Shown: positions 48,652 through 57,132 of the stretch, piece by piece
Position numbering within the stretch: position 1 is the stretch's first letter
Layout: each line of letters starts with the position of its first letter
Assembly: GCA_040218735.1 (NCBI GenBank)
Contig: JAVJQW010000023.1
Coordinates: 576,001-640,000, forward strand
Length of the DNA: 64,000 bases
From: Deltaproteobacteria bacterium
Lineage (GTDB): Bacteria; Myxococcota; Kuafuiibacteriia; Kuafuiibacteriales; Kuafuiibacteriaceae
Direction: 5' to 3'
The notes under the pieces: model-generated
What the model was told of the DNA's origin: nothing
Seen by the model: only the letters and a program-made list of their open reading frames with translations
Databases searched by the model: none
Translations under genes and position numbers: made by a program

Positions 48652-50558
48652 CGATGGGCGTTCTGGCGCGTCGGGTGCGACCCGAAGACTGGACGCCGGT
48701 CGGCGTAGACGAACTTGAGTCGAACGCGATGACAGTGGTGCGTTCGACCGAGAACCGGTCGGTCATCGCTGGTCCTGGTGCCGGCAAAACCGAGCTGCTG
48801 GCACAGCGCGCCGCGTATCTTCTCCGCACCGGAGCGTCGCTGGCGCCGCAACGGATCCTCGCCATCAGCTTCAAGCGGGACGCCGCGTCGAATCTGGGTG
48901 CGCGCGTGCGCAAGCGCTGTCATCGCCAGCACGCAGGCCGTTTCGATTCGATGACCTTCGATGCCTTCGCAAAGGGCTTGCTCGATCGCTTCGGGCAGGC
49001 CCTGCCGGAACAATGGCGTCCATCGCCAGACTATGAGATTTACTTCCCGACCGAGCGCGGCTACCGCGATTATCTTCAGCACACGCTTGGCGCTCCACCA
49101 AAGTGCGTCGGGACCTATGCCGATATTGTGACGCTGACTGTTGAGCGCTTCGAGCGGCGTTACCTTTTCGGGTCGCCCTTGCCGGTCGAGGGCTGGTCCG
49201 AGCCGTCGCCTGGGGAGTGGGCGGCCGACCAGTATTGGCAGTCGTCACTGCGCGGCGGCAAGAGAAGCCGTCTCTCCTTCCCCATGATAGGTCGTCTCGC
49301 CGAACTGCTGCTACGCCTCACTCCGATGGCGCGCGACGCGCTGCGTCTGACCTACTCACATCTGTTCATGGACGAGTTTCAGGATACGACGCAGGTTCAA
49401 TACGATCTGATGCGCGCGATATTTAATAGCGGCGACACGGTCATGACGGCCGTCGGCGACAATAAGCAACAGATCATGCGTTGGGCGATGGCGATGGACG
49501 ATCCGTTCGCGGCATTCGAAGCGGACTTCAAGGCAGTGCGCACGCCGCTCTTCAACAATTACCGCTCCTCGCCGGAACTTGTCCGCATCCAGCATATCCT
49601 GGCGCAAGCGCTGGATGCGAAGTCGGTGAAGCCGGTTTCAAAGAGCGCCGGCACGATCGCCGGTGACAGCTGCGCGATCTGGGATTTTTCATCGCCCGAA
49701 ACCGAGGCTCAGAAACTCGCCGAGTTTGTCGCGTCGGAGATGAAGGCGCACGAACTCGTTCCACGCGATTTCGTGCTACTCGCTCGCCAGAAGGCAGCCG
49801 ATTATGCGGCTGTACTCCAACCTGCTTTCGCGGCCGCAGGCATCCCACTGCGCAACGAGGCCGGTCAGGTTGGTGCGATCATGCTTCAGGATCTGCTCGC
49901 GGAGGAAGCATCCGCGCTCATCATGTGCGTGCTGCGGCTGGCGATGACGGTGCGCGCCGGTCGGCATTGGACGGAGTGTCGGGAAGCACTCGGCGCTCTG
50001 CGTGGCATCGGGCCGGACGACGAAGTCGCGCAAGGCCGCCTCGCACGCGAGTTGGATGTTTATGCCAGGCGTCTGAAATCAGATTATGTGATTGCGCCCG
50101 CCACCGAGCCGACTGCGCGCAAGCTCATTGACGACGTGCTTGAATTCATCGGCCGCGCCAGGCTTGTCGCCGCGCACCCAGCTTATGGGCAGGGAGATTG
50201 GCTGGAGAAAGTACTGGCTTCGGCGGCGGCGCATCTTGCTCAGTCAGCATCCGGCACGAAGGACTGGACCGCGACGCTTGATTTCTATGAGGGATTTCAT
50301 GCGATTCCGCTGATGACAATCCATAAAAGCAAGGGGCTTGAGTACCATACGGTGATCTTCGTCGGGCTCGACGATGGCGCCTGGTGGAGCTTTTCGGCCG
50401 ACCAGGTGGAGGCAACGGCCGGGTTCTTCGTTGCCTTCACGCGAGCCAAACAGCGAGTCGTCTTCACATACTGCGCGCGACGCGGAATGCGCACGAAGAT
50501 CGCCACTCTCTACGACATGCTTGCTCAAGCCGGTGTGCAGAACTTCTGGATTAGTTGA
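48648..50558 (+). CDS. gajB: UvrD/PcrA-like SF1 helicase, Gabija GajB-like
   Basis: AGPGAGKT, DEFQDT, VGDNKQQIM, NYRS, MTIHKSKGLEY, VAFTRAK; overlaps the OLD nuclease stop. Confidence 0.85.
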   Translation: MTMGVLARRVRPEDWTPVGVDELESNAMTVVRSTENRSVIAGPGAGKTELLAQRAAYLLRTGASLAPQRILAISFKRDAASNLGARVRKRCHRQHAGRFDSMTFDAFAKGLLDRFGQALPEQWRPSPDYEIYFPTERGYRDYLQHTLGAPPKCVGTYADIVTLTVERFERRYLFGSPLPVEGWSEPSPGEWAADQYWQSSLRGGKRSRLSFPMIGRLAELLLRLTPMARDALRLTYSHLFMDEFQDTTQVQYDLMRAIFNSGDTVMTAVGDNKQQIMRWAMAMDDPFAAFEADFKAVRTPLFNNYRSSPELVRIQHILAQALDAKSVKPVSKSAGTIAGDSCAIWDFSSPETEAQKLAEFVASEMKAHELVPRDFVLLARQKAADYAAVLQPAFAAAGIPLRNEAGQVGAIMLQDLLAEEASALIMCVLRLAMTVRAGRHWTECREALGALRGIGPDDEVAQGRLARELDVYARRLKSDYVIAPATEPTARKLIDDVLEFIGRARLVAAHPAYGQGDWLEKVLASAAAHLAQSASGTKDWTATLDFYEGFHAIPLMTIHKSKGLEYHTVIFVGLDDGAWWSFSADQVEATAGFFVAFTRAKQRVVFTYCARRGMRTKIATLYDMLAQAGVQNFWIS

Positions 50559-50687
50559 CGAGGAATCAATAGGAAGAGCAAACAGGCCTGCTCGAGTCGC
50601 CGCTGTGTCAGCGTAGATGCGCCTCGACCTGACCCCGAACCTGGGGGTGAGCGAGGCTTAAAGAAGGGGCGATCACTGGATGGTACC

Positions 50688-50808
50688 CCCGACCGAGCAG
50701 GCGCGGCACGCCCTCGGTCGGGATCCATGCCGACCCCGTGTGCGGCTCCACCCGGGTCCCAGAGGCAACTGCGGAGTTGCGCTTGAGCGTCCTATCCAGC
50801 CTATCCCG
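50688..50808 (+). mobile_element. Orphan ISCR-like right end (oriIS) without a transposase
   Basis: Hairpin CCCGACCGAG...CTCGGTCGGG and GCGCTTGAGCGTCCTATCCAG-CCTATCCCG|CTTG, similar to the ends at 46522, 54470 and 58796. Confidence 0.72.
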
Positions 50809-50849
50809 CTTGACGACGACCTGCGGGTGGGCACGCTGTGGCGCCTCCC

Positions 50850-51953
50850 ATGAGCGCCGACCTCGTCATTCCCTCCGACCTACTCCGACCGATCTACGAC
50901 CTCCTGAGAGTCATGCCGGGCACGGGCGGGATTCTCCGCGACCTTGGTGAGTTTCACCTCGTCCTCGATACGAACGTTTTGCTCGCTGACATTCGTTGGA
51001 TGATCCAGAAGGCTCGGAGCCCGGGCGTTCGGACCGCCCTCCTCGAGACACTCGAGTCGGGCACAACCGTGGGGTACTTTCCGGAGGAGGGGCTCGCGGA
51101 GATGAGCGCAAAGCTCGACGCGTTCTCCCAGCGCTACGCCATTCCGCGCGGCGACCTCGAAACAACGTGGCGGCGCTACCGGCTCCGCCTCCGCGTCCTG
51201 GCCACCACGGACGTGCCGCGGGCGCGCTATTTCGTCGCAAGCGCCCTCCGGGATCCGACGGACCTTCCGTTCGTGCTCCTCCATGCGTCCACCGGAACCG
51301 ACGCCGTCTGCAGCCGCGACAAGGACATACCGGCGGCCGGCGTCCCTACCGTCGATCCCCAGATCCTCGATCGAATTCGGCAGCTCGCACGCCACCAAGC
51401 GCCGCGCGCAGCGTTCGTGATCGTTGGCGCCTCCGTCGTCGTCGTCCCCGTCGCGTCGCTCCTCGCGGTCGGAGTCGGCACCGTCGATCTGTTCCGCCGC
51501 GCGCCCCGTTGGGCTCAGGTCCTGATCGGCGCGGGCGCGCTGACCTCGGTCGCGTACCCGCGGTCGCGGCGGTACCTCGCGCGAAACGTCCGGCAGGCCG
51601 CTTCGAAGTTGATTGAACTCGCGAGCGAAGCCGCTCCCATCCTCGTCGTGCTCCAGCAACACGCGGAGGATGGCCGTCACTCCGCCGCCTCCGTGAAGGC
51701 GGACATCGAAGCGACCGGTAACTTCGACGCACCCACGTCATCCGCCGCCGCCTTCAGAATCTGCGCGCGACGCGACACGCCTCTGACGCTCGAGCAAATC
51801 TCGCTCGACCTCGCCATAGAAGGCCTGGTCCACGAAGATCGCGAGGCCCTCGCACGTGCCCTGCACGAACACCCGCACCTGGAACGCCTCGCCGATGGCC
51901 GCTGGCGCAAGCGCGCCGCACGGGCTCCAGCTTCGTCGGCGCCCGCGCCGTGA
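50850..51953 (+). CDS. PIN-domain ribonuclease with two hydrophobic helices and a C-terminal wHTH-like region
   Basis: LVLDTNVLL, RDPTDLPFV, VCSRDKDI; hydrophobic AAFVIVGASVVVVPVASLLAVGVG and WAQVLIGAGALTSVAY. Confidence 0.75.
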   Translation: MSADLVIPSDLLRPIYDLLRVMPGTGGILRDLGEFHLVLDTNVLLADIRWMIQKARSPGVRTALLETLESGTTVGYFPEEGLAEMSAKLDAFSQRYAIPRGDLETTWRRYRLRLRVLATTDVPRARYFVASALRDPTDLPFVLLHASTGTDAVCSRDKDIPAAGVPTVDPQILDRIRQLARHQAPRAAFVIVGASVVVVPVASLLAVGVGTVDLFRRAPRWAQVLIGAGALTSVAYPRSRRYLARNVRQAASKLIELASEAAPILVVLQQHAEDGRHSAASVKADIEATGNFDAPTSSAAAFRICARRDTPLTLEQISLDLAIEGLVHEDREALARALHEHPHLERLADGRWRKRAARAPASSAPAP

Positions 51954-51975
51954 AGTACGCTCCCGTCGCTCCTTC

Positions 51976-52400
51976 ATGGAGACGAAGGAGGGCGACTCGA
52001 ACACCTCGGTACGTCGGCGCGTACGGGCGGAGGTGGAAGACCGGCGGTCCCGCGTCGAGGGCTTCTTCTGGTACCGCGGATGGCCGGACCCCGACGAGCT
52101 CGTCGACACGACGTTCGATCGCGCCGGGGGCCAAAGCTGGCCGCCGGTACGGAGCTCACGAGCGACGTACCTCGATACGCGCTCGGCGTCGCGTGTCGTC
52201 CACCTCGAAACAAACCACGGCGCGCGCCCAGAACGGACGTGCGCTTCGGACCGTGCAGACGCCACCGGACAAAACCGCGGAGCGCCTCGAACACGAGAAA
52301 CGACTGGCCGTGCTCGAGGGCTGCGTAATCGCAGTCGTCGACCGGATCTGCGCTCTCTGTGAGCCCCAGAACAGGGTCTCGTGCGAGCCCAGAAGTAGGA
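51976..52400 (+). pseudogene. Possible ECF sigma factor remnant
   Basis: Two frames give VEGFFWYRGWPDPDELVDTTFDRAG and AERLEHEKRLAVLEGCV; cut off by att junction C. Confidence 0.3.
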
Positions 52401-52745
52401 CTCAACGGCTCCAGAGAGACGAATGAGACCGATGGCACCGTCGCGCAACCGAGCTTGCAAAGACCGAAAGACGAAAAGGTCCCGCGAAGCTGCGCGGGAT
52501 CGAGGCGGTCGCCACCCAATGGGCCCTGTGGGAATCGAACCCACGACCTTGGGATTAAAAATACTCGCGAGGATCGACGTAAGCAGCCGGAACGTATTCG
52601 GTTGTGGCTCGGAACGGGCGGCGTCGGTGGCAAATGTGTACCGAGCTTCGGACCGATGCGCTCGGATCGATCCGACCCATCGTCAGCACTGTGCAGAACG
52701 CACGTCCGCGTCCGCGTCCGCGTCCGCGTGGTTTTCGGACGAAGT
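52400..52745. repeat. attP-like junction C with tRNA-Lys(TTT) 3'-half core (52520-52560)
   Basis: Core identical to B. Left flank (CAACGGCTCCAGAGAGACGAATGAGACCGATGGCACCGTC) recurs at the window end, downstream of the integrase. Confidence 0.88.
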
Positions 52746-52747
52746 TC

Positions 52748-54470
52748 GATAATCGGACGTTGGCGGACGTAACCGTCCAGACGCACACGACCTCACGCCC
52801 GGCACGGCGCTCGCGTCCGGCGGACCGGTGTCCATCGCATGTACCGCCTATGTCCAGGAGATCCGCGCGACGATCCCCTGCAAGCTCTGGTGAAGACGGC
52901 CTGGCCCCGCTACGTCGAGTTGTTCGAAGCCTCCGGAGGCACCGTCCCAAAGTTTGTGACCGCCGCCTTCGACAGCAACCTCAGGTACGGCCTCCCTGAG
53001 GAAGGCGGCTTCATCCGCCTCGGGTGCGCCAAGTGCGGCACCGAGCGTGCCCTGCCGTTATCCTGCAAGCGCCGAGGAATCCGTCCAAGCTGCGGCGCCC
53101 GTCGCATGCACGACCTCGCGCTACGTTTGGTGGAGCGCGTCCTTCCCGATGTCCCGATTCGCCAATACGTTCTATCACCGCCCTTCGAGCTCGTGAGCCT
53201 GCTCGGCGCCCGAACCGAGCCCTCGTCCGCGCTCGCGCGCATCTTCGTTCGCTGCATGTTCGACGCGATCGGCCGACGCATCGATTCGTGCGTTGCCGCG
53301 TACCCAGGTGCAGTCGTTGTGGTGCAGAGGTTCTCCAAAACGCTCGCGCTCTTTCCTCACCTCCATGTGCTCGCGTTGGACGGTGCGTACGTCGAGGTCG
53401 GCGACGAGCTCGAGTTCCGCTTCGATCCCGGGCCCACGCCCGACGACCTCCTCGACCTCGAAGACGAGGTGGAGCGTCGATTCTCGCGATGGCTCGAACA
53501 GCATGGCTATCTCGAGGAGGACGAGGAGGCCCTCGACGGCTGGTTCGGTCCCGCGGCCTACGACACCGTTCAAGGACACCGTCCACCCGCAAAGCCGCAC
53601 GACCCCTTCCGCTTTCAAGTGCACGCTACAGTTCGTGTGCCGGCGGGTGATCGCCCGGGACGAGAACGACTCTGCACCTACGTCGCTCGACCGCCAGTGG
53701 CGGAGGCTCAGATCGAGCCCGTCGATGAAGACCGAGTCCGCCTCTGGCTTCGCAATCCGGGACGAAGCCCCGCCAGCAGCGTCGTCCTCACCTCGGTGCA
53801 GCTCTAGACCGAGGCGCGCCGCGAATGCGGCATGTCCGAGGGCTGTGCCAAGCGCTCCCGCGAAAGCGGGAGGACGTTGTGGTCATTCGCCGCCTCGCCT
53901 GGCAGGTTCCGCCCCCCAACCTCCACCTCGTCCGCTACGCCGGCATCCTCGCCCCCGCGGCTCGACGGCGTCATCGCGTCGTACCTGCGGGACGGGTCGC
54001 CATCCAGGCCGCATGGTTCGGCGCGAGGAAGTTCGAGCCACTCGTTCCCGTTCCGTCCCGGACCGCCTGGGCGAGGCTTTTTGCGAAGGTGTACGATGTC
54101 GACGTCCACCAGTGCCCAGATGCCAAGCTCCGATGCGCCCCATCGGTACGGTACTTCCACCCCGCGCCCGCGCCTGGATCGAACAGGGACGAATCCAGCC
54201 GATGCCCTCGACCGGACCACCGGGTTCCCTGAGCCGCCAACTCGAGTTGCCGCTCGCTGGCTGATCCCCAAACGGCCCCGCACCATTCTTCAACGTGTCA
54301 TCGCGTTCATGGATACGTGCGTTCAGCTCCTCCCAAACGCGCCAGGCCACCGACTCAACAACAGCCTCAACCGAGAAGGCGTGGCACGCCCTTGGTCGGG
54401 ATCCATACCGCCCCACCGTCCCCCGCGCCCCAGAGGCAGCCGCGGATCTGCGCTTGCACGCCCTATCCGG
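52748..54470 (+). mobile_element. ISCR/IS91-family rolling-circle element, copy 1 (inactive)
   Basis: GTTC|GATAATCGG left end; oriIS-like GCGCTTGCACGCCCTATCCGG|CATC right end. Confidence 0.85.
52828..54264 (+). pseudogene. IS91/ISCR HUH transposase, disrupted
   Basis: Zn-binding CAKC...SCKRRG, HUH PHLHVL, RLCTYVARPP. Frameshift near the start, two Cys substituted, 80-bp insertion at 53805-53884 and further indels. Confidence 0.88.
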
Positions 54471-54725
54471 CATCTTCGTGCTCCCGGTGATCTTCGAGCG
54501 GTGGGGCACGGCGTCGACCGAGCCCGACTGATGCGTCCGCTCGTCTGGTGTTTGTTGTCGGCCGCGCTCTTCGGCGTGCCGACCCGGGTTGCTCTACGTC
54601 GGCGCCGCCGTGGTCTTCGGCGCCCTCCGCGATCGCGGACGACTCGCCGCAGCCCTGCAGAATCGAGCCCGTCTCCGGGCACGGTGGCAATGAATCCTGG
54701 AGGCAACCGCGGCGTCGAAGGCCCC

Positions 54726-55676
54726 ATGTCACTGTCCCATCTCCTGAAGGCCAAGGACGTCCGAGCGCAGCTGAACCGAATCACGCCCGACTACCGTCGT
54801 ACGCTCTCTGCGACGACGAACGTCGAGAAGTTGGGCGGCCCCCATCAGCTCATCGGCACCGCATTCGACTACGCGCTTCGATTCGAGATTGGACGACGAT
54901 GCCCGTCCGCGCGCGGCGAGCGTTGGGTAGCCGAGAATGGCGTGAGGCGTCTGGAGCTTGGTCGAGCCTTGGCGGGGACGGCCACGCTCCTCTCGACGCC
55001 CAAGCTGTCGGGGCCTTCACGAGACCTGGACCGCCTCGCCCGAAGGGCGCGGCGATGGATAGACGCAGCGCGCGAGCAAGTACCGACCTATCAGAGTATC
55101 CGAGCCGTTCGACGCTCCGACCTGACTGTGCTCGCCGAACTGACGCTAACGCTCGCGAGACTCGACGTGGTGGCTCGTTGCGGCGATCCCAGCGCCCTGC
55201 GCAGCGAGCCGAGTGCAGAGGAGCGCGAAGAGCTCGTCCGACTGCTGGAGGTCGTTCCTTTCCAGCGACTCGCCCTCGCCGGGGACGTCTTCCTCAATCC
55301 AACGTTCTCGAGCGCCTCGGAAGCGGTCGGCGGCGCGGACGCGGATCTCGTCATCGACGGACGCCTCCTGGACATCAAGACGCTGGCGAATTCGTTCATC
55401 GAGCGACCAGCTGTCCACCAGCTCCTGGGTTATCTGATGCTCGCGCGTCATGCGCGACGCCGCGACACCGCCTTTCCTCGGATTCGATCGGTCGGCTTGT
55501 ACTTCGCGCGACAGGCCGCCATCTGGGAAATCGACGTCGAGCCCATCGTGAGATCAGAGACATTCGCGGACGTCGAACGCTGGTTCGCCGCACGTGCCCG
55601 CTTGGACCAGCCTGCTCCCCGAGCCCGGAGTCGTCCCCGGGCCGACCGCGTTGCGCCTGACACGACCGAGCGCTAG
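54726..55676 (+). CDS. PD-(D/E)XK (Cas4/RecB-like) nuclease
   Basis: C-terminal part of ORF 53832..55676 from ATG 54726: IGTAFDYALR, FLNPTF...GGADADLVIDGRLLDIKT...QLLGY. Confidence 0.78.
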   Translation: MSLSHLLKAKDVRAQLNRITPDYRRTLSATTNVEKLGGPHQLIGTAFDYALRFEIGRRCPSARGERWVAENGVRRLELGRALAGTATLLSTPKLSGPSRDLDRLARRARRWIDAAREQVPTYQSIRAVRRSDLTVLAELTLTLARLDVVARCGDPSALRSEPSAEEREELVRLLEVVPFQRLALAGDVFLNPTFSSASEAVGGADADLVIDGRLLDIKTLANSFIERPAVHQLLGYLMLARHARRRDTAFPRIRSVGLYFARQAAIWEIDVEPIVRSETFADVERWFAARARLDQPAPRARSRPRADRVAPDTTER

Positions 55677-55688
55677 CATTTGCGACGC

Positions 55689-55765
55689 GCGGGGGTAGCT
55701 CAGTGGTCAGAGCACCGGACCAATAATCCGGGGGTCAGGGCGTTCAATTCCTCTCCTCCGCATCA
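55689..55765 (+). tRNA. Atypical tRNA or pseudo-tRNA, anticodon AAT (Ile)
   Basis: Acceptor GCGGGGG/CCTCCGC, D-stem GCTC/GAGC, anticodon stem CCGGA/TCCGG with loop CCAATAA (C33, not U33), T-loop TTCAATT with a bulged T-stem, 3' end ATCA rather than ACCA. Confidence 0.7.
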
Positions 55766-55769
55766 CGAC

Positions 55770-57050
55770 ATGCTGAAATGGCAGGCGGCACATGAGGCTT
55801 GGCAGTCGTTCATGGAGCGACTTACGACGGTTCAGCGCGAGCTTCATTGTTCGTATCGGAATGCGTGGTTTCGAGGCCATCCCGATGCGAACTACAAGCT
55901 AACACCATCGATTCTTCGCCAGGCCCCCCCGCCCGGCCTCGGCGAACTGTCGAAGATGAACAGCCACCGCGGCCCGACATCTGAAGAACTGCGCCGCCCC
56001 AAACCGATGGTCATCGATGGTCTCGAGCCCGTCGACGGGCCGCCGGCGGAGGCTAACTCCGCGAAACGCCACCGGGTCGTCGACGAGCGCAAGCTCGACT
56101 CGACAGAGAAGTTCCTCGAAACGGATGTTCGTAGCGATCTCCGGAGCACGCGTGCAGCACTCGCCAACGCTCTCAACTCGATCGAAGCGTCGTCGGCCGA
56201 GCTCCGTGAGATCAGCCAGCAACTCCAACAGAAACGGGACCGCATCTTCCGGGACGTGCTCATCGCTCGAAGGCGCGACCTCAAGAACAGCATGAGCGAC
56301 GCTCGAGGCACCATCGCGTCTGAGCGCGATAGAATCCTCGTCCTCCGGTCGATCTGCTACGGAGAGCGTGACACGCTGCTGGCCTTTCGCCACCGGAGCA
56401 GCGCGGTGCTCGCGGAGTCGTCATCTTGGGTCACGCTTGCCGCGATGCAGCACCACGGCGTTCCGACAAGGCTCCTCGACTGGACGACTTCCGCGGGCGT
56501 TGGCCTTTACTTTGCCGTGAAGTCGATCCGGGAGCGAATGATCTCGAACCGCGGCTCTATCGAGAACTGGCTCGAGTCGAACTGGGGTGAAATCGACCTT
56601 CGGGAGTTCGACGGTTTGCCTCTTCCGTGCCTTTGGGTTCTCAATCCATACTTCCTCGCTCGGCGCACAACGGGTCAAAATAGAATCGAGGATCCAACTC
56701 TCCGGCCCGACCTCGACTACCTTCTGGCGTTCCACGAGAATCTTTCGTGGCCTTACAACGGTGCCGTCCCGGTCCTCATTCCGTGGCGGTCCGAACGGAT
56801 CTTCGCGCAACGCGGCGTCTTTACGGTTCATGGCCGAGACACACGACCATTGGAGTGTCAGGTGCCGGTCATGGGTGGAGCGGACGCACCACTTCTCGCC
56901 TCCGTCCCCTTGGGTCTCGAGGCGGCCGTGTACGCCGTCCGGCATATCGTCCAGTTCATTGGGCTCGATCAGTTCACGGTATTCCGAGGCGAGGACGACC
57001 TCGGCACATCGATACGGGATCGACACATCGCGCGTGTGGAAAGCGGTTGA
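55770..57050 (+). CDS. FRG-domain protein with a large coiled-coil insertion
   Basis: WFRGHPDANYKLTPSILR...AAMQHHGVPTRLLDWT...RIFAQRGVFTVHG. ATG 55770 used because the ORF-track start lies upstream and runs through the tRNA-like element. Confidence 0.85.
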   Translation: MLKWQAAHEAWQSFMERLTTVQRELHCSYRNAWFRGHPDANYKLTPSILRQAPPPGLGELSKMNSHRGPTSEELRRPKPMVIDGLEPVDGPPAEANSAKRHRVVDERKLDSTEKFLETDVRSDLRSTRAALANALNSIEASSAELREISQQLQQKRDRIFRDVLIARRRDLKNSMSDARGTIASERDRILVLRSICYGERDTLLAFRHRSSAVLAESSSWVTLAAMQHHGVPTRLLDWTTSAGVGLYFAVKSIRERMISNRGSIENWLESNWGEIDLREFDGLPLPCLWVLNPYFLARRTTGQNRIEDPTLRPDLDYLLAFHENLSWPYNGAVPVLIPWRSERIFAQRGVFTVHGRDTRPLECQVPVMGGADAPLLASVPLGLEAAVYAVRHIVQFIGLDQFTVFRGEDDLGTSIRDRHIARVESG

Positions 57051-57132
57051 ACTACCAACTGCATCCGAATCTCCAGGACTTCTCCACCCCGCCTCCAAGT
57101 CTTCGCGCCGCCGGACGGCGATACTCCTCATC

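Noticed and set aside
39666-52560. Three intact tRNA-Lys genes, or a CRISPR array
   Set aside because: Only 3' halves are present (no D-arm or 5' acceptor strand) and they are kilobases apart; these are att cores. No cas operon or short-spacer array seen.
52703-52729. (CGTCCG)n microsatellite as a functional repeat
   Set aside because: About four units here versus two in junction B; simple slippage with no further support.
53832-54725. N-terminal extension of the 614-aa ORF (transposase-nuclease fusion)
   Set aside because: Reads through the IS end in a non-transposase frame; the nuclease plausibly starts at ATG 54726.
54726-55676. CRISPR-associated Cas4
   Set aside because: No Fe-S cysteine cluster and no cas genes or array nearby; generic PD-(D/E)XK nuclease.
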